NCBI GenBank assembly: GCA_963843555.1
Contig: CAWJKV010000004.1
Span: forward strand, 96,001-160,000
Reading direction: 5' to 3'
DNA from: an uncultured Methanosarcinales archaeon
GTDB taxonomy: Archaea > Halobacteriota > Methanosarcinia > Methanotrichales > Methanotrichaceae
DNA length: 64,000 bases
The notes below the pieces were generated by a model. It was not told the origin of the DNA. It did no database searches and was given only the letters and a program-made list of their open reading frames with translations. Shown one piece after another: positions 43,158 to 51,734 of the stretch (position 1 is the stretch's first letter; each line of letters starts with the position of its first letter). A program made the translations under genes and the position numbers.

Positions 43158-44045
43158 ATGCCTCATAAATATGGCGAGATATTCGTTGAGGCACTGCTAT
43201 TCATGTCCGCTACCACCACCGTCATCACTATGCTTCTCATCTTCTACTTCCTCATTCATGAAAGCCTTCCAGCATTCTCTGAACTGGGCATCTCATCTCT
43301 GCTTCTGGGTGAAAAATGGCATCCTGCTGGCGAAATCTATGGACTCTTGCCTTTAATTGCCGCCTCTCTCATCCTCACGATTCTGGCACTCTTCATCAAT
43401 ATCGCCATAGGTTTTCCTCTGGCCATTTACCTGGCAGAGCTGGCAGGGCCCAGGAGCAAGGCTATACTGAAGCCGGCCATAGAGCTGCTGGCCGGGGTGC
43501 CATCCATAGTCTATGGCTTCCTGGGAGTGATCATCCTTGTATCCTACCTGCAGGACAGCTTTGACATGCTCACGGGGAGATCTATTCTAGCAGGGGCCAT
43601 TCTGCTAGGCATAATGTATATTCCGTACCTCACCACCATCTGCGAGGATGCTTTAAGGGCGGTGCCAAGCGAATTCAAAGAGGGTTCCCTGGCTCTGGGG
43701 GCCAATCGATGGCAAACGCTCAGGTATGTGACCATACCGGCAGCATCCTCTGGAATAACCGCTGCCGTTCTGCTCAACATTGGAAGCATAATCGGCGAGA
43801 CCATGGCGGTGCTTCTTGTGGTGGGAAATGTGGCAAGAATGCCCTCCCCCAGCTATAATATATTCGGTCAGGGCGCAACTTTCACCTCGGTTATCGCTGG
43901 CGAAATGGGTGAGGTGGCCAGAGGTTCAATGCACTATCACGTTCTATTTGCAGTGGGCTTTGTCCTTCTAATAATTGTATCCATTCTCAGTCTGGTGGCA
44001 GATTATGCCCGGGTTCGCATAAAGAAGAAATTCGGAGGATATTGA
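43158..44045 (+). CDS. pstC: Phosphate ABC transporter permease PstC (start uncertain, 43125-43158)
   Basis: AIYLAE, ELLAGVPSIVYG, EDALRAVP, EGSLALGA, GETMAVLLV. Confidence 0.93.
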   Translation: MPHKYGEIFVEALLFMSATTTVITMLLIFYFLIHESLPAFSELGISSLLLGEKWHPAGEIYGLLPLIAASLILTILALFINIAIGFPLAIYLAELAGPRSKAILKPAIELLAGVPSIVYGFLGVIILVSYLQDSFDMLTGRSILAGAILLGIMYIPYLTTICEDALRAVPSEFKEGSLALGANRWQTLRYVTIPAASSGITAAVLLNIGSIIGETMAVLLVVGNVARMPSPSYNIFGQGATFTSVIAGEMGEVARGSMHYHVLFAVGFVLLIIVSILSLVADYARVRIKKKFGGY

Positions 44046-45295
44046 AAATGAGGATCAAGCCTATTCTTGCGGCGTCATTTGCATTATCGGCATTCTTATT
44101 CGTGTCCTCGATAATATGTCTCATCCTGCAGCCGGACCTGGAATGGCTGGCGCCGATTTGGGAAGCTTGCCTTATTATCGGCCCCCTCTTGATTCTCCTA
44201 TCCTATTTGATTTCAAAGGCAGTTTCATCAAAGACGGCTCCTTTCCTGGTCCTGGATATCCTCATCTGTGTGGGAATTTCTTTCCTGTCGTATTCGGGTG
44301 TCCTTCATCCCGGTTTTATCATCCACAGACCTTTTGGCGTGGGTGCCTCATTCGATTATGCTTTTATATTTCCTCTTCTTGTCTTTTTTGCCAGTCTGCT
44401 GTGCTTTAAGGACACCCTCAATATCGTCTACGGCTACACCGCCCGGGGACGAGAGGCCCTGATATTTCTGGCCATAAAGCTGTCGGCAGTGTTATCGCTC
44501 CTGCTGCTGGGCGGAATTCTCTTCATAATAATCTACAAAGGAATTGGGATCATAAACTGGGAGTTCTTGACCACTCCCCACCGGAGGCTGGGTCAGGCAG
44601 GCGGAATCAGTACGGCCATATTAGGGTCGCTATGGATGATTCTTGGCGCCATGATAGTCTCTTCGCCCCTGGGCATTGGGGCAGCTATCTACCTGCATGA
44701 ATACTCCAAGAGCCAAAGGCTCAACCGTCTGATCACCATTGCCGTGAGCTGTTTGAATGGCGTTCCTTCTGTTGTCTTTGGCCTCTTTGCCCTGGCCTTT
44801 TTGGTGAAATACTTCGGAGTATCTCTCTTATCCGGCTCCATAGTCCTGGGTCTGATAAATATACCCACCATAATTCTGACCTGCCAGGAGGCCCTCAGAA
44901 GCGTTCCCAACTCATTGCGAGAAGGCAGTATGGCTCTGGGGGCAACTAAGTGGCAGACGATATGGAAAGTTGTTCTGCCGTCCGCAATGCCTGGCATCCT
45001 CACAGGCGTAATCATGGGGGTGGCCAAGGCCTCAGGAGAGACGGCTCCCATCATGTGGACGGCTGTAACCTTCACGGCCACGCCGGTTCAGATGATCTAT
45101 GGCGTTATACCGGATGTGTTTCAGCCGGTGAACAATCTGAATTATCATCTCCTGAACATGATCTACTTCCTGGGGGCATGGAATGTCGAGGCCAGGGCCT
45201 GGGGCACTGCTCTGGTTCTGATCTCGCTGGTTCTGGTTACGAATATGCTGGCCATAGTGGTCCGAAATCATTACCGTAAGAGAATTTCCTGGTAG
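44042..45295 (+). CDS. pstA: Phosphate ABC transporter permease PstA with N-terminal membrane extension
   Basis: GGISTAILGS, GAAIYLHEY, GVPSVVFGLF, EALRSVP, LGATKWQT, GETAP. Confidence 0.92.
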   Translation: MKMRIKPILAASFALSAFLFVSSIICLILQPDLEWLAPIWEACLIIGPLLILLSYLISKAVSSKTAPFLVLDILICVGISFLSYSGVLHPGFIIHRPFGVGASFDYAFIFPLLVFFASLLCFKDTLNIVYGYTARGREALIFLAIKLSAVLSLLLLGGILFIIIYKGIGIINWEFLTTPHRRLGQAGGISTAILGSLWMILGAMIVSSPLGIGAAIYLHEYSKSQRLNRLITIAVSCLNGVPSVVFGLFALAFLVKYFGVSLLSGSIVLGLINIPTIILTCQEALRSVPNSLREGSMALGATKWQTIWKVVLPSAMPGILTGVIMGVAKASGETAPIMWTAVTFTATPVQMIYGVIPDVFQPVNNLNYHLLNMIYFLGAWNVEARAWGTALVLISLVLVTNMLAIVVRNHYRKRISW

Positions 45296-45360
45296 GGTGG
45301 CGGAAAGTGAAAAGAGATTGTTTGATGGAATGAAAGCGATTCACATAGGGCTGGAGATCG

Positions 45361-45834
45361 TCAGCCTTCCGTCCTCGCAGCAAAACCAGCCATCACCCGG
45401 GAGAAGAGATCATGAATACCCGGCACCTCATCTTCCTTGAGGTCTGACGGCATCAGTGGAAGAGCAAACATCACCGCGGTATCCAGATTAATTGTGGTCA
45501 CAGGATTGCCACGATGGCTTACTCTCTTGACCTCATTCCGAACAGCCGCAATGCTGCCGCGCATTGACTTCAGCACTTCTTCGCATTGCTCTAACGTCTT
45601 ATCCTTGCATTTCATATCCCAGGCTCTTAGGACTGCAGAGACTAAATTGGCTTTAAGGTCATCCGGAATATTGACCATCTTCAATAGATCCAGGATCAAG
45701 CCGAGTTTGAGCGATCTGACCTCACCAGCTCTTGCCACCAGACCGTCTCTCTCCATGATTGCTTCATAGTATTCAAGAAGCCCAAGCAGATTCTCAGTGT
45801 ATCGAGGATCCTCACAGCCAACAGCGTTAATCAT
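45361..45834 (-). CDS. Hypothetical alpha-helical protein
   Basis: 157-aa ORF with AGGAGAG SD; no motif recognised. Confidence 0.65.
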   Translation of the reverse strand: MINAVGCEDPRYTENLLGLLEYYEAIMERDGLVARAGEVRSLKLGLILDLLKMVNIPDDLKANLVSAVLRAWDMKCKDKTLEQCEEVLKSMRGSIAAVRNEVKRVSHRGNPVTTINLDTAVMFALPLMPSDLKEDEVPGIHDLFSRVMAGFAARTEG

Positions 45835-46299
45835 CTCTCTCCTCTTGTATGCGAATTGAAATTAAGCTTGCCAAGCAGATTTGCCTCCTCTAAGGGAAGA
45901 TCTCGCGTTCTCTGACGACTGCGTTTCCCATCCCGCAATGGAACGATTCGGGTTGATCTGCCATCATTGCCCCTCCCACGAGATAAATCGCACAGCACTA
46001 ATATTTGGAATTGAATTAGATCGATATATGCCTTATCTCATTAGACTATATGGATGTATATTGAGTATATAATCTATATATTATTCTCGAACCGGAGCAA
46101 CAGCATGTCAACTCTTGAATATTTATATTATTGGCAGATGGTTACAATTTTGGTTTATTCATGGGAAAAAACCGAGATCCACAGCGGAATCCCTGCCAAT
46201 CTTTTTCCTCTATTTTCATTCAGCGATGATACGACTGAAAAGAATATAGACTATATATTATGCCAGATGGTACCGGTATAGGGATGGCCTCTCGCGAAA

Positions 46300-46563
46300 A
46301 CAGCTTAGCCGGTAGCAACAAGGCCATAGGATATCTGGGATTTGGCCACAGAGGACGGAAAGTTTGAGCTCGATGACTCTGATGAAGTCAAGCTGCAGCC
46401 AAGACCATTTAAAGAAGGAAGCTGTGAGCTCAGTTGCAGCTGTACTTCTACACCGTTGGCGATGCCCTGCGGTAGCCGCAGGCTTTATAGATTTCATGGT
46501 CGGTCCCAAGGTCAGAAGGTTGCCGAAGAGTATGGATTTATACCATTTAAGAAGATAGCCTAA
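46300..46563 (+). pseudogene. pstS: Decayed C-terminal fragment of phosphate-binding protein PstS
   Basis: Across shifting frames: SNKAIGYLGFG, LYFYT, AAGFIDFMVGP, GQKVAEEYGFIP, matching the PstS C-terminal pattern; internal stops; N-terminal part not recognisable. Confidence 0.7.
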
Positions 46564-46701
46564 ACTTTATTTATTATCAAAAGATGTGAATAGGCATCAT
46601 CAGGCATGATGCAAGCCTCTGAATGCCGCCTTCCTGGAAATCCTCCCATATTGAAGAATAATATCAATTTATGATATTTTTAATATTATTATTACATAGA
46701 C

Positions 46702-46983
46702 CTATGCATTCTCTTTTTCTGTTAGATTATAAATCTCGGGAATCACGCTCTGAATGCTCTTAAAATCCTCGAGCAGCTTAGCTCCTTTTGGTGTAGTTGT
46801 AAATATTACTGAGGAATTTTTGCTGGTCGTGATCTCCAAGAGTCCATTTTTGATAAGTAGGTCAATATATGGGATCACCGTTCTGAAGTTCAAGTTCGAT
46901 TGATAAACGATTCTAGTCTTGCTCGCTCCTTCGGTGCAGACGTCTAGAATTTGGGAGATAATGGCATCTTTGCTTCTCTTCAT
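46702..46983 (-). CDS. Winged-helix DNA-binding protein (HTH_45-like)
   Basis: MKRSKDAIISQILDVC..GASKTRIVYQSNLNF..YIDLL..TTPKG. Confidence 0.88.
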   Translation of the reverse strand: MKRSKDAIISQILDVCTEGASKTRIVYQSNLNFRTVIPYIDLLIKNGLLEITTSKNSSVIFTTTPKGAKLLEDFKSIQSVIPEIYNLTEKENA

Positions 46984-47814
46984 ATACTTTCCCCATAATA
47001 TAACTCGTTTTGCATCTCGAATTCACTTTGCTCCAAAAAGGACTTGTTCTCCAAACGAGCAGTATTGCATTGGCATCATAGTAACATATAAATCTGTCGC
47101 ATTGCCGCAACGGGTTATTTATAGGGAGACGATGCATAAAGAAGCGAATTTTTCCCTTTCCGGATGGATTATCAACTTGTCGACGTAGTCGATTAGATTG
47201 CTACGTTTTCTCTTGTTTCGAATTGTTTGGCCTCCATGCACGACTTTAAGAGTTCGTTCTTAATGGCTGATCTAGATAAGAATTCGCGATTCTAATATCA
47301 ATATTAGCTTGATGAAATATTCGAATCCTTCTTGACACTAAGGATACATAAGTCTAGAATTCTAAAAATGATCCAATAGTTGCTTCCCATAAAAACATGC
47401 CGCTGAATTCTCCCAATGGCTATCCAAATGAGCTAGTCGTATCGGCAGACTGCAAGAACTTTTGCATATCAAACTTCAGTTGACTTGCGAAGACTATTCG
47501 AAATACCTACAATAATATGTGACGTTTTCGCGGGAAGACATATTTAAATTCTTTTAGAATATTTTGTCCTTTTTCTTATTATCAATTATCGTCTTTGGTG
47601 TCTCATTTTAGATCTGGTAGTAATGATACTAATTCCGTATCGAACTAACTATTTTGTCTATGAGAATAAATTTCGAAAAATGTGATTAGAATCATTGAAT
47701 CGGATTTATATATCGAGTAATAAAAGTTGATATACTAAGCGAAACTAATTCGGTTATAAAAGTGATGTACTAAAGGTATGGAAGCTTTTTAAGAGTTGCA
47801 AGAAGGAATGTAAT

Positions 47815-48123
47815 ATGGGCGTGGCAAAGTATCGGCCTGCAATCAAGATCGTCCTCAAGCTTCTTGAATGCATATCAAAGAGCCAATCAAAAGGGCGTGC
47901 CTTGAAGACCCATATAATCCAGTGCGCTAATCTGAAGACAACATCCGCTGAAAAATATATTCAAATGCTCAAAGACGCCGGATATGTTGAGGAAAAGAGA
48001 GAAGCGTGGGGGGCACGAGAAGTGATAGTGTATGAACTTACGCCTTTGGGCAAAGCGAGACATGAATGGTTCAAGACGATAAATGATGAGCTATTCATGA
48101 TGAATGAATGGGTAAATGAGTGA
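47815..48123 (+). CDS. Winged-helix DNA-binding protein (HTH_45-like)
   Basis: LKTHIIQCANLK..AEKYIQML..GYV..YELTPLGK. Confidence 0.8.
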   Translation: MGVAKYRPAIKIVLKLLECISKSQSKGRALKTHIIQCANLKTTSAEKYIQMLKDAGYVEEKREAWGAREVIVYELTPLGKARHEWFKTINDELFMMNEWVNE

Positions 48124-48493
48124 GAATATGGAACACAATGCCTCAATAGATGCTGTTTATGATGTGGTTGAGCGGATTGAGCGGCAAAAAAAGCGGCTTA
48201 CTCTGACTGTGATAGTTATTTCTATCCCTGCGTTGCTCGGTTTGGTTGCGAATACCTTTGCCGCTGTGGTACTTTCTCATCGAAAAGGCGAGTCGATTGA
48301 GAGCAATATTATATTAATTGGAATTATATTCCTGATATGTATAATTCTTCTGGGTCTAGCAATTAAAAAAATTATACTATTAAGAAAATTTAAACAAAGG
48401 CTGAATCATATTGGTGAATTGGAAGAGACGATTTATAATGAAGTTCTAAAGCTTCATGTAGATGAGGCTGACATGTATATCCACAGCTCTTGA
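48116..48493 (+). CDS. Two-TM membrane protein, coupled to the wHTH gene
   Basis: Two hydrophobic helices; 8-nt overlap with the upstream gene; low GC. Confidence 0.7.
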   Translation: MSENMEHNASIDAVYDVVERIERQKKRLTLTVIVISIPALLGLVANTFAAVVLSHRKGESIESNIILIGIIFLICIILLGLAIKKIILLRKFKQRLNHIGELEETIYNEVLKLHVDEADMYIHSS

Positions 48494-48706
48494 TATCTTT
48501 GATCAATGGGGCTGAAAAACGTGGAATAGATCAAGGCCACATCTTTCTTTCATTTTATGGTGGTCTCGCCCTGACGCCTGGTCATGTATCTCTTTGAGGC
48601 TTGGGCAAGGATATCGCCCAGTCAATTCCTTCTGTCATTGTTTATCGTTTCATATTACTGGTAGTAGTAGCTCTCGCAAAGAAATTATAAAATAAGTTTT
48701 GGGGAA

Positions 48707-48761
48707 GATAGATCCATAAGGAGGCATCATATGGAGGCAAGTGCTATCCTCTAGATCTACC
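48707..48761 (-). ncRNA. Candidate small RNA: hairpin with two CCUCC anti-SD motifs
   Basis: Minus strand GGUAGAUCUA...UGGAUCUAUC forms a 10-bp stem extended by GAGGA/UCCUU; TTTAAA box ~27 nt upstream; U-rich tract downstream. Confidence 0.45.
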
Positions 48762-49378
48762 TTTATTTTATCTAAAGGCAAGCATCGTTTAAATGCTTTA
48801 TGGATAAACAACACGCCTAAATGTCACGTACCAATCGTACGGGAAAACTGATAGGCGCGCGTCCATCATGTACTCATCAGAGTTTGGCATAAATTCCGAA
48901 AAATTGCTAAATCGTGATCGAGCACATACATAGATATTCAAATAAGTCCATCAATTTTGTTTTTTTCCCGTTTTTAAAGATACGTTTTATAAACCCTGAT
49001 ACATTTTTCCACTATTGCGTCGCGAGAGTCTCGGAGCGATTTAATAGAGATGTGAAAAACCCCCTCACCTCTGGCATCTTCGCCAAATAAAATGGGTCTG
49101 CCGGGAATTCAAATCCTTTGGTTGGATGTAGATATTATGAGGAGACGATCGATTCAATTATATCGAATCTTCGCGAAAGTTCCAACCAATTTAAGAAATG
49201 AGAATTTGATTTAATATTCGATTTATCTGCTGAGAATGAAATGATGTATGGGGTGGCTTCTCTAGAGAAGGTAAACATGGAGGCCGATCTCTCCGCGGTG
49301 GCCCGCAAGAGATCAGCAGTTAGCGGTGATCCATCTTAAGTGATAAAATGGCGATCTCAGAAAAAGTCTCCTGAATTG

Positions 49379-49843
49379 CTATCCGATCAAAATCTTGCCA
49401 TGCCGATCGATCTTTCCCTCGGATATCCGGGTAGAGCTTATGCGGACCTGATCCTGGGCGAGCTTATACTCGATCACCGATATCTGCATCGGCAGCAGGT
49501 TTTTCTTCCCGCGCAGTCGGTTTATCTTCTCTGCCATGGGCAGCGTCTCCGGGGAGACCACAATAAAATCGAACTCTTCATAGATCGAGGGGCCGCATTG
49601 GTCAATGATCTTTGTGATGCATACATCCTCTATGCCAAAGCATCTCAGAATGATCGCCCGCAGATTTTTCTCCCTCGTTTCAAAGTCGCGAACGCATCTG
49701 GTTCGGCTCTCCCTGGCCATCTCATCCGAGGTGAGGCCTATGACCACCTCTCCTTCTTCGCCTAGCGTAAATGCACGTCGAAGCAAGGCGATATGCCCAT
49801 CATGAATGGGGTCGAAAGTGCCTCCTACAGCGACTCTGGCCAT
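49379..49843 (-). CDS. coaD: Phosphopantetheine adenylyltransferase (archaeal type)
   Basis: VAVGGTFDPIHDGH, IGLTSD, IVVSPET, ISSTRI. Confidence 0.92.
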   Translation of the reverse strand: MARVAVGGTFDPIHDGHIALLRRAFTLGEEGEVVIGLTSDEMARESRTRCVRDFETREKNLRAIILRCFGIEDVCITKIIDQCGPSIYEEFDFIVVSPETLPMAEKINRLRGKKNLLPMQISVIEYKLAQDQVRISSTRISEGKIDRHGKILIG

Positions 49844-49876
49844 ACAGGCCCGCAAACGAGGGTGCCATATAAGTAC

Positions 49877-50317
49877 TTAACGGCTTAGATCTGTCGCCCC
49901 CCGGAATCGATCCAGGATCATGGCGACAATGCGCCGCGAGCTGCATAGATGGCACGGCTCATGGGCCTCAATGCGCACAATCTTTGGATGCAGACCGCGG
50001 AGGGATAGCTCAGTCTCCAGATTGGCGATATCGAAGTGCTGATCGAAGCCCAGCGTTATTATATCCGGTTTGAGCTGCTCAATGGTCCGAAAGATATCGC
50101 TCTCCTCCCCCAGGATGGCCCTGTCTACCGCCTTCAGAGATTGCACCATTCTCTGTCTCTGCTCCTCGGGCACGACAGGCTTGGGTTTATGGCGTACATT
50201 CAGATCCCGGGCAACTATAACCACCAGCTCGTCACCCAGGATTTTAGATCGCTCCAGGTAGAGAACATGGCCGGGGTGGAGAAGGTCAAAGGTGCCTGTG
50301 GCGACGACTCTTGTCAA
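49877..50317 (-). CDS. ribL: FAD synthase
   Basis: VATGTFDLLHPGH, VIVARD, PDIITLGFDQ, C-terminal Cys-SS. Confidence 0.88.
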   Translation of the reverse strand: MTRVVATGTFDLLHPGHVLYLERSKILGDELVVIVARDLNVRHKPKPVVPEEQRQRMVQSLKAVDRAILGEESDIFRTIEQLKPDIITLGFDQHFDIANLETELSLRGLHPKIVRIEAHEPCHLCSSRRIVAMILDRFRGATDLSR

Positions 50318-50338
50318 GGCAGATCCACCGGGTCCGAT

Positions 50339-50776
50339 TCAACTAAAATCCTCATCGAGATCATCCAAATCGTCCTCAAAGCCGTCGTCTTTGAACTCCA
50401 CATCAAGGATAGCAAGGTCGCGCCTCTCGCCTGAAGCATTGTAGCAGACCCAGGAACGTTCGTCGAAAGGCGGACCGACTATGATGTGATAGTCTCCGGT
50501 GCGAGAGAAGAACTGGATATCCGGCTCGGAGGGCAGCAGAGCCCCGGATGGATGGCTGTGAGCAGAGCCCGCCACCTGCATATTGGGAAGCATGTAAAGC
50601 CGGATGAGAGCGCTCATTCTCGAGTTTTCCGTGCCCGGCAATATCAGAACCTCAGTGATGATCTCATCATCGACCTGAAGAAGCCCCGCGAACTCCGCAG
50701 GCAGTGACGATCGGGACGCCTCCAGAATGAACTTCAGAGTGTCTCTGGCAATGCCTCGCACTTTTCTCGACCTCAC
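50339..50776 (-). CDS. JAMM/MPN+ metalloprotease (Mov34 family)
   Basis: PAEFAGLL; GSAHSHPSGALLPSEPD (HxHx7Sx2D); acidic tail. Confidence 0.88.
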   Translation of the reverse strand: MRSRKVRGIARDTLKFILEASRSSLPAEFAGLLQVDDEIITEVLILPGTENSRMSALIRLYMLPNMQVAGSAHSHPSGALLPSEPDIQFFSRTGDYHIIVGPPFDERSWVCYNASGERRDLAILDVEFKDDGFEDDLDDLDEDFS

Positions 50777-51732
50777 GCTGCCTCCTGGGCTCGCAGATGT
50801 ATGCAGTCTCCTGCCAGGACTCGCTGTCGTCCGCGCTCTGTCCTCAGCAGAAGGGCTCCATCTTCATTCAGATCCTCGACCACGCCCACGAGGGTTCCCG
50901 AGTTGGAGGTGATGCGTACACACCTCCCCAGGGTGACAGACCGCCGGCGCCATTCTTCATAGATCTCAATTGAGCCCATCATTTCGTATGCCTCTTCTAT
51001 ATCCATAAGAATTCTCTGGATCAGATCTCAGCGATTTACCTTATGACCCAATTCACGGGCTATGGAGGTGGACATCCACTCTTCCGGAAAATTGCACATA
51101 CTGACATTGGCATTGATGCCCAGTCCCACAATAGCATAATCCAGGCGTCCAACCTCGGCGCTGACCTCCATGAGGATGCCGCATGTCTTTCGCTTCCGGA
51201 TCATAAGGTCATTGGGCCACTTGATGCCCGCCTCAAGACCCAATAAGGAGAATATAGCTCTGGAGACGGCTACGCTAACTGCCATGTTTATCTGGTAAAC
51301 CCTTTCCAATGGCATCTCCGGCTTGAGTATAAGACTCATCCAGATTCCGCCGAGAGGGGATGCCCAGTGCCGGGACAGTCTGCCTCGACCTTGTGTCTGG
51401 GTCTCGGCCAGAATGACTGTACCGTTTTGGCAACTGGGGGCCAGGGACTTGGCAATCTCATTGGTGGAGTTGACTTCCGAAAAGCTGCGCAGATCTCTTC
51501 CCAGCCATTTGGTCTTGAGGCCGGAGAGGATCATATCCGCGTCCAGAAGGTCTGGTCTGCAGGTCAGGTGGTAGCCTTTCTTGGTCGAGGCTTCAATCTC
51601 ATATCCTCTCTTGCGAAGGTTTCTGATCTGCTTCCAGACGGCAGCGCGACTGATGCATAGCTTTGCCGCCATCTCCTCTCCGGAGACCCAATCACCAGAA
51701 CCCAGGTACGATAGGATATCCTGAGCAGTCAA
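50773..51732 (-). CDS. birA: Biotin-protein ligase BirA with N-terminal HTH; in-frame TGA at 51028-51030
   Basis: SGEEMA..ISRAAVWKQI, STN, QTQGRGRLSR, IKWPND, KTCGIL; C-terminal domain (EDGALLL, AGDC) continues in the same frame after the stop. Confidence 0.92.
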
Positions 51733-51734
51733 TC

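Noticed and set aside
48500..48690. Possible membrane-protein relic ending ...FILLVVVALAKKL*
   Set aside because: Short, interrupted by stops and with no recognisable family; hydrophobic translations are expected from T-rich DNA
46591..48730. GGCATCAT at ~46593, ~47072 and ~48723 as a wHTH operator
   Set aside because: An 8-mer chosen after the fact, palindromic only at the first site; too weak without statistics
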